64,000 bases of DNA from Raillietiella orientalis (Eukaryota), in contig JAYWIR010000024.1 of the NCBI GenBank assembly GCA_036172245.1, forward strand, positions 1,178,001 to 1,242,000, read 5' to 3'. The notes beneath the pieces were generated by a model, which worked only from the letters and a program-made list of their open reading frames with translations, had not been told where the DNA came from and did no database searches. A program made the position numbers and the translations under genes. Shown here one piece after another: positions 48,816 through 62,745 of the stretch (positions are counted from its first letter, which is position 1; each line of letters begins with the position of its first letter).

Positions 48816-50843
48816 CCTGACGTGGACCAGGAAGTAAATCCCGAGAACCACAGTAGTCAGGAGGATGACGCGGAGAGGACAGCCCGGCAGTGGAGATAGT
48901 GGAAAATCTCTTCGCCATCTCTTTTCGTACCCTCCATCATCGCGAACTGTAAAGAACAAGGTGCAGATAAAAAAGATGAAGAAGCAAGGACAAAGTTGGA
49001 CAGTCTCGGGACAGTCAGCAGGCAACAGTCATCACAAGAGACTGGTCGCATCCGTCAGTGAGAAGAGTCATCAGTTGAGAGCATGCTTCCATCGGTGTGG
49101 CAAGCCGTCGGACAGCTTCCACGGCTGCGGACAGCTGTCTCGACGACGAGCACCAAACGTTGGCCCAAGACACGGAGCGTGCTCGTCCGGCACAACCCTC
49201 TGAAGTTGTGTCCGCAGCGCGGAAAGCCATTCCCCCATTCATCCTCCGTCACTCTTCTGCAAGAGGGATTCTGCTGCTGTTCTCCCAGCTCAAATTCGCT
49301 CCCAGCTAGCTGGAAGAGCTCCGCTCTGGAGCCGTTCTCCTGCAACGAATACCGTGGCGACATTTTTGAAATGGCTCTCTCGGAGGGTAAGGAAGCAGTG
49401 GAGCTGCGGTGCCCACTCCTCTAACTGCTTAATCTGCGGAGCATCAGCAACCTCCAGGTGTTAAGCGATCATCATTTCTCATTACCTCGCTCGTCCCTAA
49501 GCCACTGCATCCAGAATGATTAGTTCCTATCATTCGCTGGAAGATTTTCTGATGCTACACTGTCACGTTGCAGTTCTTCGGGCAAAAATCGTCGTAGAGC
49601 AGGGTCTGCAATTATTAGACGGTAAAGAGATTGTTGATTGCCGTAGAAGTGGTGAAGATTGCGTCATGGAAACAGCCAAATGTTTTCAATCCTGTGGTAA
49701 GAAAGGAAACAGGATGGTTTTCTCGGCAGCGGACACAAACTACACAGCTGCCTTGTAAAGAGGACTAGAAACTTCTGGAAGGAAGGAAGAATGATGAATC
49801 AAGGAGCTCTTGCCTGATATTCTGCAGCCACATGCTCCTGTAGCAGAACGTGGTCGTGGCGTCCTCACCGGCAGGGACATCAACCCCACAAGCTGGAAGT
49901 GCAGCGCGTGCTGGCGAACACCCTCGAGATGACGGTAGCGAAGCGACGATTCCATTCTCCACGGGCATCCCGGAGGCTCGCGGGATTTCGGCGCTGCCGG
50001 ACATACCACCGCCTGGAGCAGCCGTTCAGACCAGCAAGGATTCGTGCAGCCGAGGGAGGAAACGTCCGAAAGCATTCCATCGGGGTGCTACGTGGGAAGC
50101 TCTCGACGGATGCGGCGCAGCTTCCCAAGCAATGTGGGAGGTTAATGGGGAAAATGCCAAAGAGAGATGGTGACTCAGGTAGAGCGAGATTCGCCCTTTG
50201 AGGTCCAAGCGATGACGGGCACTGAAGTTCCGCCTCGCTTAAGAAGCTGGTCCTTGCTTCAGCTGCTTGAGGGAGCCACTAGCTGAGACACATCCTGACC
50301 GCTTCGACTCAAAACACGCCAGAGGACGAGATGTGCGAGACGCGCTGATGGCCACGGACGGTCCGCGAGAGCGTGCGTTTTCCTTGGAAACCCCTCTGCT
50401 GAATCCGGAGGAACGGCCGAAGAAGGAGGCTGTGCCTTGCATCCGCGAGAGCCGACAGGGTGCGCGCGAGGACGTAGCGAGTCGGTTGCAGAAAGGTCAC
50501 TCTGATCAAGAAGAAACTCAGGAGTAGTGAGCCCTGCTGCAAGTGAGTGACCCCAGGTAACCGAGAGGGACGAAAGGATGTTTTCTGCCTGCGAGCCAAG
50601 TGGGACTGAAAGGGGGAAGTGGATCATCCGAGGTGAGGAAAGAAAGGCAGCAGCGAAACGCCACCATCCCAGGGAGCTACGGAATACGGAGAAGCAGGCG
50701 CTTCTGAAGCATCGTGTGCTGAAGCAGGCTGGCCGCTGACGATCTGCGACTATCCAGAGTTTGAGATGACCGCAAGTTGTCTCCGCCCAAAAGAGGACAC
50801 GCGGATGAGAAGAGCGAGGCTCAGAGGACAGCGCGAAACTTCA

Positions 50844-51020
50844 CGCTGCGGTCTCCGAGCGTGGCACCGACCGTTGCGGGTTCGAATCCCACCCGGGGAA
50901 GACTCGACGCCGACGAACGGGTGCATCGTGGGTTTCGATTCCCCCACCACCACCGCAGGACGACGTTGGTTGGCCTGTAGGCGTCGGGTGCGCCACTGGT
51001 GGAACGCTCCAACCAAAAAA
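50844..51020 (+). mobile_element. tRNA-derived SINE, copy 2
   Basis: Perfect B box GGTTCGAATCCC (50879-50890), body homologous to 19267-19440, short A-rich end. Confidence 0.7.
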
Positions 51021-51089
51021 GCATGCGGTGTTGATGTGCAGCGAAGGTGTGTGTGCCCTTGTTTATTCGTTTGTGGACAAACACAAACG

Positions 51090-51310
51090 TGAACTTCATG
51101 GGAGGTAGCCACGAGCATTTCAGCGTGAATCAACGTGAATGGGTTGCGTAGTTCTGCCTGAGTGCTGGGTCGCTTCGTTTTGCGGGTGCTTTCGTCATAA
51201 CTCATAAAAGTTTGGAATGCTTCAGCATCACTGCGTTTCAAATGGTCGAGTACATCTCTGTTGCCGAGTATTCGCTCTTGTGATGGTGGCGAGATGCACT
51301 GTGGCATCCT
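51090..51310 (-). mobile_element. PIF/Harbinger-like transposase N-terminal remnant
   Basis: RILGNRDVLDHLKRSDAEAFQTFMSYDEST resembles the R...G...L..EL...D.E.F..F.RM...TF motif of Harbinger/HARBI1-type transposases. Confidence 0.4.
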
Positions 51311-54300
51311 CTTTTTTCACGCAACTCATCGGCGAGTTGATGATGTCTATCCGCTGGGCACGCTACTCAGAGAGGGCTTTGTACGGCTTTCTGGTACAAG
51401 CTTGGATGATCCCGAAAGTGGCGCACAGACGAACCAAAGAGTCGAAAGGGTCCTATGCATCTGGTGTATGGGTGACCCGCATACACGAGTCGCTCATAGA
51501 GTGGGGTCTGTGGAGTGTTTTCAAAGAATAGACAAGCATCACGATTAATTTAAACAACAGCTTCTCCTGGTGGATTCATGCGCAGAGAAAAAGGTAAACA
51601 AAGAAGGCCTTTCGATGCTGGTCGAGTGAAAAAAAGATCCAGCTGTGGCTTTCAACCATCTTACCCCATCACTGGTACTCCTGCTCATCCTGTGCTGAGC
51701 TCTTTCAACTGAAAGCTATCTCCTCGTAAGCTGTATTGGGCGTCGGATAAACCTCTGGACTGGAGGGGGCCTTCGCGTTCCAGAATCAAATCACGAAACC
51801 GCTCCATGCCCAGGAGCTGTGCAACTAACGGAGCGCATCCTCCTTTTTCCACACACTAGTGACCATCCTTGCGAACCCACTTGCCGAGCAGATCTTCTCC
51901 CAGAAACACGCTTTGTGATGCCTACGCCCTCCCGTTTCCTACACCGTCGATCTTCCGGCAGTTTGCTGGCAGATGACCCAGATGCAGGTCATAAATATTC
52001 AAGACGTCTTCTCCTCCGAACCTTCGTTCCATCACCTGATTGAGTGCTGTTCTTCGTAATTGGCACTCGAACGTTCCATCAATCAGATCTCTGGACCCCG
52101 GCGAAAACGAGCTGCTCGCGATCGGATCTGCCGGCGGTTTCCTGCTGCAGACACCACAAGTCCAGTAAGTACCTGCGCTGAAGAAGCTCCTCCTCGGTCG
52201 CTTTTTGAGTGATCCGATGGGGAAGGGGGGGAGTGCTTAGCAGGCCACTTCGCGCTGGCGCTGCTGCTGGCGCCCCGAGGATAGCGTTCGTTGCCGTTCT
52301 GAACGCGCGCTGGCCTGCTGCCGATCCCCAGGCACTTGCAGATTCCTCGTACCGTGCGAGGGACCTGCGGGCCTGGCCGTCGCCGGTTCCGCGCAAAGGT
52401 CAGCCTTCCTCCGGGTGCTTCTGCTGCGAGCTCGCCGCGCTTCGCCCTCCGAATGCGCGCTCAGAAACGCAGCACCAACGCTCTCTCCGGAAACCTCGGC
52501 TCGCCCAGCGCAGTTTTCCTCACTTTCATCGCGGGCGTCGCGTTTTTGTGTATCAGAGACCGAGTGAATGAATCGTGTTGCCAGCTACTCCCGGCTCCGC
52601 AGCAACCGATTACAGTTAAGCCAGTCTTGCCTTTCACTACTGCGTTGTAAGCAGAACAGACCGCTAGGCGGTCAGGAATCCCAAATATGTTTGTTGGAAC
52701 CGCTGGGGAATTCTGCTGGAAAGGGCGCTCGCACTTCCGGTTGCATGGCGGCGGCAACACGCGGCAGAAAAACATCGTTTGGGGAGGAGGCGCGCAACCG
52801 CGAGAGAGTGTTTCGAGGAGCCTCCATCTCCACTTTCGTGCCGGGTTTGCTCGGCTCGAGAAGTTTCGTTTCCTTCCGTTGCTGCTGCAACCCTCTCGTC
52901 CTTTCCTCGTTCTGGAATGGGGAGGGGGGGCGCGCGCGCGCTCACTCAGATAGATAGGGGGGGGGGGGGGGAAGAGAGAGAGATTCAAAAAAGAAAAAAA
53001 ACAAGGAGGAAGAAGAAGAACAAGAAGGAAGGAGAAGCCACGCAACAGAGCGATTTCCAAAATGGCTTTGCACCTCTCCTCCTTTCCTCTTCTGGTGTTG
53101 AGCGATGGAAACCCCACGAAAGGATTGTCTCCTGGAAAATAGGAAACGCGAATCATGCGTAAAAAGTGAGGAGCTCTTTGGTGATTTAGTCATGACAATT
53201 TTGCAATGCAAATAGAGTCATTAAGCCTTTGGGAAAACAGAAGAAAAAAAAAATATTTATGTAGAAACCGTTCCGAAATGAAAATTCCACTCCCGGGAGT
53301 TTGGCAAAAGAGAGTGTACGGAAAAAAGTCGGGAACTTTGGACTCTTAGAATACATTAAACAAAGCGTAGGTATGCAAAGGAAAAAAAAAAAAAAAAAGA
53401 AGAAAAAATTGGTAGTCCACTCTTGCAAATGAAGAGGGACTTTACTGCTTTTAAAGTGTTTCATGAACTTTCTTATCGGGAACAGGTCGCTGGCAACATT
53501 CCGGCTCCACAGCAACCAATGTCAAGGAACTCCCGGACGCGGGGAAGAGATGCAGGAGTCTCCTTGAAGGATTTCATCGAACGGATGGGCAGAGAGGTTT
53601 GGCGAGGATGCAGGAAACCCTGTCAGATCACAGTTGAGCACAGTTGTCCCAGCAGGTCCCTCGAAGAAGAACAGGGCTGTAGCAATGGTAAAATTCTCTT
53701 AGAAATCGTTCCTCAATGGAAGAAGCGCCATTTTCAATAGACTGAACGCATTTTTTTTCTCCACTGCTGCGGTCAGCAGGAATCTGATGAGCTGCCGGAG
53801 TGGGAAACTGCTGAAGTTGCGCCCAAGAATTAGGAAACTTTCGATTACAGTCGACGACGGCATGAAGTGCATCCAGGTTCTCCAGGAAGTTTGGAAGTTT
53901 ACAAGGGAAGCGGGGATTTCAGACCACGTGAAGCCCCTAACAGACAGGCAAAACCGAAACCTGGAAAAGAAAAAAGTAAAAAAAAATGTCCGAGACGGAA
54001 CCACAGCACAAAAAAGACTTCATCAACCTGATTGGTTAGCCAGGAATGGTTCCCACCGTGAAGCTCCTATCCCAGCGCCACTATTCTGATCATAAGGATT
54101 CATGGTAAGTCCTTACGCATCACGAAGATCCTTGAGAATCCATCACCATCTCCTTCCGTCTCTTCTCTTGAGCCCACCCTGTGATTTGGAAGGTTCTCCC
54201 ATTGGGGTCGGTGGCCCAATCTCCTCCTCCAGAATATGCCTCGCGAGTTTTGCATGCTCGATCATGGGGCTCTTTTCCCAATGTGCTCCGCCTGTCTTCC

Positions 54301-56321
54301 AGTTCTTTCTTCACCTTGTCGCTTTCCTCCCTCAGGAATTCTGCGGCGGGCATCCCTTCTTTTCAACGAAGGGGGCAGCCAGTCCCCGATGGTGTCTTGC
54401 CTCCTCTCGCATCGCTGCTGAGCGCTCAGAGGAGCACATGACGGCCAGCGTGGTTACCTTCCCTTCTCCTTGAAGAATTAAGTCGAGATTTCCAGTCTGC
54501 CGCTGGAGCAGTATGTGGCTGGGAGACCACCAACTCCCAGAGTTTCACGGTAGCCCTCTTGACCTTAGTTACCAGATCGTCGTGCATCTCAGTCATGATC
54601 TGATTGCTGGTTCATCTGTCGAGGATGTGCCTTGGAGATTCTTCCCATCCTCCTCACCTTCTGCACACAAGCGATCAGGGTCCATACCTGGTGGATGCCC
54701 GCAAAGGCAGAAGGGTGAATAAATGAATAAATCTACAATCTAATCGTTGAGAACATCATGAATATGGAGCTGGTCATCGAACGCTCTGTCGAAGGATCAC
54801 GCTTGTTCTTTCTTTCTTGATGGTCCGTAACTACACGAACTCACCCAGAAACGTGACAAGTACTCTAGGGAGATTAGGGAACGCTGCACCAGCTTAAGCT
54901 CTCTAGATGGAATCCTAAACTACCTCTCTTCTAGACCACTCTTCTCCAACTGCTAAATGCATTCAACTGCCTTCAAGCAGATAACATCAGCCATCTCATC
55001 CCGCTGAACACCCTCTGATCCCGTTTCTTCTTGTAGAAACTAAGTTGAACGAATTTTCAGCTGATATTCCCGATAATCCCGGAGGAAGAAGCATTTTCCG
55101 AACCAAGGTTCACCGCTAGCAGCAAGAAATTCGGGATCGCTGGTTCCTCATCGCTTTCTGGAGCGTTCCCTAAGAAGCTGGCGCTTTCCCGTTGGTTCCT
55201 AGCCCTGAAGACCACACGGGGAAGACGGTGAGCGCCATGATGCATGACCTCACTCTCGCGGTTTCCGCCACGAAAGGAAGAATGGGTTCGTTCCGATCGC
55301 TGTGGAGACGGAGTCTTTTCATCCGGACAAGATTCCACGCTGTTCGTCCGCTGCTGCGTGAAAGACGTGAAGAGTCGTCTCATCCAAACGGAGCCCAGCC
55401 TTCAGAATACTTTTCGTTCACCTTCCCCTCTTCTTCCTTATCGAAAAGCCCAGTTTTCCCTTTTAGAACAAGGGGGCATCGCGAGACACTGCCGTGTTGT
55501 TTTCCGAAAAGGAGGAGGAGGGGTGTTCGCCAAAGAGAACTCGAACACGGTGACGCAGTTCCGATCACCTCACCCATTCTGGAAAACACAGCATCCTCTC
55601 GACGTTTCTCCTGCTCCTCAACTTCGATGACGGACACACCGGGTGCCAGGGTTTCCCTGTAGCTCGTGCCCCCGACTCATCCCAACACACACAGTCGGCG
55701 CGAGTGGCTTGTAACCAGTGATGCTGGAAGGCAGTATCGGAACCGTTCGCCGGTTCAGAGACCGGCGGCACGGGAGAGGTCTTGCGGTCGGAATGATCCA
55801 AGAAGAGGTGCTAAGCTCTGGTCCTTCCTTGGTGAGAACTAGTCCCGCCTCGAAATAGCGAGCAGCAGGACGACGCAGAGGAATTCCGCTACGTAGCAAT
55901 AACTCATCTTGCGTTAACGAGAAGCATACTCATCCACACGCAGTGAGTGGCGTCACCTGAGAAGCATATCTTTCCTACGTCTCCTCGCAGATAAAGACTT
56001 TTCGCAGGCGTCGCTTGCATTCTTCACTCTCAACAGAAAACTCTCAATGAAGACCAGTCAGACAGTCAAGTCCATGCAAAGCCTCAAGGGCTGCTGTTCC
56101 TTGACCTGGCAAGCGACCCACTCGCCTTCCCGTGCCTCGTCCTCTGTTAGCTAGAGGGAAGCGTTTGCTGGCGGGAGCCTTGGAGGTGTGAAGGCTGCAC
56201 GGAAGAACCACTTTTTGACGTTACCAGGAGAGAGAAACACCTGTCGAACGCGCTCCGCTTCGAATCTTCTGTGAGCAACAGACACGCCGTCCGTGGTGTT
56301 TCGACGAGTCTCCGTGGAAAC

Positions 56322-56322
<1 letters not shown>

Positions 56323-56356
<34 letters not shown>

Positions 56357-56385
56357 ATCCGCCACACGCACCACACACACACACA
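56323..56385. repeat. (GT)16 microsatellite followed by (CA)7
   Basis: GT run at 56323-56354 and CA run at 56372-56385, mutually complementary. Confidence 0.9.
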
Positions 56386-59300
56386 AATTACATTCTTCTC
56401 GCCGTTGGCGTTCAGCTTCGCTGGGAATTACAGAAGATTCATAAGCTTAACTTCCGAGCAACTGCACTTGGTGAGAGCATCATCGAGGCATAAGAGACTG
56501 CTTCCGCACATTTATTCTCCGACGACCACGTCTTTTGAAACTGGTGATTCGGCGAAGAGTGGTGAAAAAAATCTCTTCGGCGCGTTCCGAGAGGATTTTG
56601 GGACAGGAAAAAACTTGGGGAGAGATCTACCCGCCTACGAGGGCTCCGTCGCTGTGCACTCAACACGGACACCACGTGCAAACATCACGTGTGTTTCGTA
56701 CGTAAGACACGCGCGCACACAAAAACAAACGCCGTCGTGTGTTGCACATGCAACGATTCTCGCGCGAATGAAAATGGGGCGTTTGTGAAATGAGACGGAA
56801 GCAAAACTGCCTTCCAGGTCTTCACGTCTCGGATCTTCCTCAGAGATCCAGATAGGAACAGAAAGAATGCTGAACTCGCGAGCTCCCAGAAAAGACTTCG
56901 CTTTCTGCAGGAGGACATTCAGCCTCCTTTACTTCCTCCTCGCTTCCTAAAAGATCTCTTCATGTGGAAGCACAGGGGCTAGAACGGAGTCCACGTGCCC
57001 GACACTACCGCGTCCTTCCGGTAAAGGTACCCAAATTTCGAAACCAGAGTTCCAGTTATAAGAGGAGCTCTCTTGCTCCTCCTCCGCCCGCGGATGAACT
57101 GAGGAGCAGAGGCAGAACCCCATTCTCGAAGGAATGCCTGGAGAGATGCTGAGCTTGCATCTTCAGAATGCCTTCGCGTGACCAGCGAGAGATCACCAAT
57201 CGATTGTGTTCAAAAAGAAGTTGCCGAAAAGACGGAATTGGTTCGTAGGATAGTCACATAGGTCACAGGAAGAAAGCGATCCATGACAAACCCTCGTTTG
57301 GGCATCCAGAAGATAAAAAGATATCTAGGGCCCTCTCGCCATTTTTGCTTCGACGGTGGTAGTCGCTCGCGTCTACCAGAGCGAGATACTCCCTCTACTT
57401 TCCTTTCAGAACTTGAGAACAAGAGCGGGCCTGTGGGAGAAAGAAAATGCCTCCGGCTGGAGTCAACAGTAGCTCTTTCTATTCCATCGACAACTAGATG
57501 TCTTCTCCAGTCCGAGATGGGTCTCCGATAAGTTCCCCTGATTCCGGAGGGGTTTAGAGGCCGCCAGAAAATGTCCCTGGATCTCTCGCTCTGAAGTTCG
57601 AGTCTCAGGATCATTTATGGATCTGGAAGCGATCCGCGCAGCTCTTCCGCTGGCGGTCCACGTACGTCTGGCGAAGCCGCGCCGGTGTGCCGCCATCCTC
57701 GAGGAACCAGGAGTGCAGGGTCGCTTCCAGGCAAAGGTTCACGAGTTCCTGATTCTCGGAGGAAGACCTGGTCGCCGCTCATACGCGCACAGGCTCGGGG
57801 CAGGAGCTCCGAAAGCGGTCCTCAGGGACGAGGCCTGCAGACTCGTTTTTAGGACCCGTGCTCGTCGCGCAGAATAACTGAAAACAACTGCCACCGATTC
57901 CAAGCCTTTCCCTTGGTCACCTGCAACGTCACTCCTGTCACTTGTACGGTATCAAGCCTTTGGGGTGAGGCAAGCAGTGACAACGGTCCGCATACGCTGC
58001 TGCTGCTCCTTGATTTCGGTGATTTTCTCTTTTGTTGCGAAACCCGAAGTGACCAGTCCTTCTTATCTTGACTTCAGATCTTCCGTGGCCACCTACCGGC
58101 TGTCACCATTTCGGTTTCAGCCTTCACATGGGCACACGTCCACGAGACGTCGAAGGGTGAAAGGGGGTGTGTAGGGGTCAACTCGGTGTTCGCCTCGGAA
58201 TTTTCGTCTCCTCCCTGTGTCCCCTACCCCGGGAGGACGAGCAGTTTCGAAACCACGCCGCGGGCGCGCTGCGATCGCGGGCAAAGAGAAATCTTCCATT
58301 CGCCTCCTGGGCTGCCGTCAGCCGTCCTCCTTCACTCCTCAGTGTCTTCCCGTGATCCAGAGAAGAAAACAGTCGCTCTCTCGGGCGTCGCTGCTTGGAA
58401 GCGATTCTCACGGACACATAGCAGGCGCTCTTCATCCTTTTTCGCTTCTTGCACCATTTCTTCAGCCAGAGGACTACAGGACGCTGCGAGAAGGATGATC
58501 CGCTCGCCTTCAGTAGCACGCGTCCCTCGCCCGGGAGAGATGCCACAATCTACAAGCGACATGCCCTTGACCAGATCCGGAAATGAAGCCTCGAGGCCCC
58601 ACGGAGCAAAACGGGAGCTTGGAGAAGGCGATGTCGTTCCCGAAAGGGGACCCTTGCAAGGGTCGGTATCTCATCAGTCGAGGCCATCAGTCGGACCAAG
58701 AAGTGGCCATTGTCGCAACATCAACGGCAAGGTGTTTGCAGGCGATGGACCATCAGTGGTCAGAGTGGAATACGATGAAAGGGATGGATTCCAGCGGGAG
58801 TCGGAAAGCGTATCTCAAGGTCGTGCGTCCGGTTCCTCTGTGCTTCTCTGACCACAGAGAAAGTATTTATAACGGATGCTGCGGGTTTAGGAATCACGGA
58901 GGATGATCCGACGACGACTGAGGTTACATCTCAACGCTGAATTTTCAAGGACTCTCTCGTGCCTCTGGCATCCTCAAAAGCCGTGCGAGTGCTTCCAGGA
59001 GTTCCAGATCGTCGGAATCTTTGGGAGTTTCAGGTTCGCAAAAAAAAAAAAAAAAAAAAAAACAAACACCAAGTGTTTGGATCTTAGCTCTTGAAAGTGG
59101 AGCTCGCTCGCGCAGAGCGAGGCAACTGACAGCAGAGATGATTCCGTGCCATCTGCACCCCTCTCAAGGGGGGCATGGCGTTCTGCTAGGGACTGACACT
59201 TTCAGTTTCATGAAGACACTTTCGAGCACCGTGTTTTATCCTCGTGCACTCGCGACGTGCATGCTTTCCTTTGCCTGAGGAGTCTGAGTGGTCCGCACCA

Positions 59301-59742
59301 TGGCATCTCGTGCAATTGGAACGCACCACCAGCCTTGCCCACAACGGACGTGTATTTCCTGCATCCAGAGCACGCTCCCGGCCTCGTGCACTGGGGTAAA
59401 TTAGGGGAGCTTCCTTTCTGGCAAATCAAAATGACGTCGCATCAATGCAATTAGAATGCGGCTGGTGACGATCCCAGGAGGTCACAGAGAGCTCTCAAGA
59501 GCAGGAAGCGATCGTGTGAGGATGGCGATGTCCCAGAGACGTGCTCGGTGCCATCTTCGAGGAAACTGGTTCCGCTTCGCTTCGTGGCGCTGTTTCCACC
59601 GAGCACCGCGGCGCGGGGACGGACGATGGCGCCTTCCTCGCGCGAGAGGGAAGGCACCGCCAAGTGCACGGGGTCGGAGGCCACTTGTCTCGCGGAGTCC
59701 ATGCGCCCCAGCGATCCCCTTCTTTTCCCTCGGCAGCTCCGT

Positions 59743-59760
59743 GCGCGCGCGCGCGCGCGC
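59743..59760. repeat. (GC)9 alternating run (potential Z-DNA)
   Basis: GCGCGCGCGCGCGCGCGC read directly. Confidence 0.8.
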
Positions 59761-59844
59761 ATTCTCCCCCGTCCGACGTAGAGACCTTTTCAGAAGCCCT
59801 CTGGCTCCCTCAAACGCCGCGCAACCGATTCGGATGCTGTCAGC

Positions 59845-60030
59845 ATTTCTTTCTTCCTCCTCCTCCTCCTTTTCTTTTTCTCTTCCCCTCTCTCTTCCTG
59901 TTCCTCTGTTTCCTCTCCCTGCTCCAACCCATCCTTTCCTTCTCCCCTTATCCTCCCCCTCCTTATCCTTTTCCTCTTCCCTCTCTTTATCCTCCTCCTT
60001 TCGTCATCCCTTTTCCTCTTCGTCTTCCCA
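59845..60030 (+). repeat. Pyrimidine-rich (CT/CCT) low-complexity tract
   Basis: About 185 bp composed almost entirely of C and T. Confidence 0.85.
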
Positions 60031-61699
60031 TCAGACGCGCGCCGCTCACGCGAACTGTGCTTTTCCTACACAACGCGTGTCGCACCGACCTTGTCCACTG
60101 CTGCCTCCCAGACGGCGAATCGAAACGGCGCTCGCGCGCGCGCGAGCTTGGTCCACGGATCTCCCCTTCCTAACTGCCTCGAACAAAGGCGCGCGGATAA
60201 AGAGCGCGCGCCATTTCACGCTCTGCCTTGATGGACGTTTCCTCGTTCTTGGACGTCCTCATTTAAAATTCCTTACCTACCAGTCGCTCGCATCCACCTC
60301 CGCTTTCTCACGAGTTTCGAAAACAAATCGGCGCGGCGCAAAGGCAGGCGCAGTCCCTCTGGCAACAGAACGTGTTATTAGCGAGCGGGACGCCTTTGTG
60401 GGAAGTCCTCGGATTCCAAGGAGTGCCCGTTTATCTTTTCGGGACTTTTTCTGAACCGAACACCGGATGTGTGGCGTCAGATCCACAGAAAGCTGCTGAA
60501 CCGCTGCTCTCTCCTCGGAGATCAACGGGAACGAGGCGGCGGGGATACCGCTTCCAGAAAGCGCGCGCGCGGGCCACTTGGCGCACGGCAGGATCAGCCC
60601 CCCCCCCCACACTCCGCTTTCCGACTGGGTCTATGAGCTCCCCACCTCCTTCTCCCTCAAAAAAAAAAAAAAAAGAAGAAGAAGAAAGGAAGAAAGAGGA
60701 GGAGAATTCCGAGCGAACAAAGGGATTCTTCGGCGAACGCGCGCGCATCCTGCGAGGGCGAAAGCGTGGGCGCAAACGCGGAGAGCACGAGGGGCGACGC
60801 CCGCCCGCCTCCTCACCGCTGGGATGAGCGGTTTGAGGAGAAGAGTAGGGACGGAGGATGTACCAGGAGGTTCTCTGTGCCGATGCAGCATCGCTGCCGT
60901 ACGGGTGAAGAGGGGAAAGGGCTTCGGAAGGGCCGTAGGAGGGCGAAGGGAAGGGAAGGGAAGGGCCAGCCATCTGAGCATCGCCCGCACCCGCCAGCGA
61001 GCATGCACGCGCGCTCCGCTGGCAGATCGCCTTCCCCCACAATTGCCAGCTCCCTGCCTCCTCCCTGCGCCGCTCCCAGTTCCGGCGTGCGCGCGTTCAC
61101 CCTCGAAAGGTGCCCCTCGAGTGTGCAGCAGCATCTCGTTCCGGGCAGCAGCAGATGCGTCCGCGGATAGATGCGCTTCCGTTCCCATGCCAACGCAGGA
61201 AGCGCCGAAAGTCTTTTTTTCTTCATCCTCCTCCTCCATCACCACTACCACCTTTCCTTCGCCTTCCTGCTCCGCGACTCAACCCGCGCATGCGCGCTCC
61301 TTCGACTCTGGAAAAGATCGACGGTGCTCTTCCTGGCTCCGCGCGTGCGCGCATGCTCTCGCCGCGGAGTCCGCCAAACGGGAGGAGCGGCGGAGTGACG
61401 TCACGGTCCGCTCCTCTGTAGCAGTCGGCGCCGAGCCGGCGCCTCCCCCGTGGCTTCGCCGCTGCCCAGGAGGGGGTGGATGAGGAGGGAGGCAGGGTTG
61501 CCGTTCTTCCCGCTGGCCCGCAGGTGGACCGCGCCGCCAAAGCAGAGAGAGCCTCCATCGCTGGGCTGCGGACCTTCGACGCCTCTTCTCCGGTCGGACG
61601 GTGCCCGCGGATCCGTGCCGAGACTCTCGCCTCCCCCCGGAGACTTCCCACGGCCTCTTTCCGCCCGGGACTCTAGGGACGACGGTCGCCAAGGCAGCG

Positions 61700-62745
61700 A
61701 CCCTTCGGGCGGTCCGGGGAGCTATCCCGCTTGCCCGCGGCGAATGCGGAGACGTCGATCAGGAAGGGCAGCTCCGCAGCCCTTTCCGGGGGTGGGACAT
61801 CCGGCAGCACGGAGGCATTTCGAGAGACCACAGGGTGGGAGGGCGCATCTCCGTCCCTGAGCGAGGACATCGGGCTCAGCTCACGCCCCGAAGCCAAGTC
61901 GCCCGTGGCGGCAGGAGGAGTTCCTGGCAGTCGGGACCGGAAAGTCCCCATCCCTGCTTCAGAGGAACACGGGCACGCCCGCGAGCGGGGGAAGGACATC
62001 TGGAACCAATGCCGCCTCCCCTTCCGACCCCTACGGGAGTGCACGAGCCAGTGCCGACGGACTGCTCCGGCGCTTGCGTGCATTCTAGTGCCCCCGAGGG
62101 AGGACGGGGTGGGGAGGAAAGCCCCCTCTGATGCTACCGGTCGCTGCCCAGGGGTGAGCCTGCTCTAACCTCCCTCTGTGGCAAGAGAGGAAGGGAGGCT
62201 GCATTCCCCGGGTGGATGAGCAGCACCCGAAGATCCTCCGCTCCTCCCGGAGAACCGGAAGAGGGAGGGAAGGTAGTGGACCAGGGAAGGGTTCTCTTCG
62301 TGGGAAACGCCGGGAGTGGTCGCATCGGAGAGACACCCGGACGGGGCGCGAAGAGTCACTCCTGAGGGAGCGCCCTGGAGCATCAAGGTAGGTTGATCTA
62401 CCCTGCAGAAACGGCCGAGGCGTCTTCAGGGAAGCGGCGAAGGGAGAGAGAGGCAGATTGGGGTCAAGGCCGCCCTCCCCCGGGTGGTTTTCCTGGCTCC
62501 TCCCCTCCTTCAGCACTCCTGAAGGCGCGCCGTTGCTTCTGGCAACCCCCGCGCGGAGGAACCTGTGTCGCCTCTGCTTCCCTCCCGACCTACCTTCCCC
62601 GGGTGACTTCTTGGTGTTGAGAGGGAAAAGGGGTCGCTTAGGGTGCCCCGCAGCTCCGCCGGACGGGGCGTTGTTTGGCAACCACCCCTCCATCGCAGGC
62701 CGGGGCGAACCAGTAGGGAAGGAGGTCCGTCGAGGACAGTAGTGC
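61700..62745 (+). mobile_element. Possible decayed R1-like ORF2 (linker plus RT N-terminus)
   Basis: ARERGKDIWNQC, IYPAETAEA, LVLRGKRG and NQ*GRRS appear in the order expected for AK...W...C, IT.EE...A, L.K.GK and NQYGFR. Confidence 0.3.

Noticed and set aside
50844..50900. True tRNA gene
   Set aside because: It has a B box but no acceptor stem or cloverleaf, and the downstream body is shared with 19267-19440, so a SINE is the better call.
53770..53820. Hammerhead core CTGATGA...GAAAC
   Set aside because: No NUH triplet or stem I, and stem II is poorly paired.
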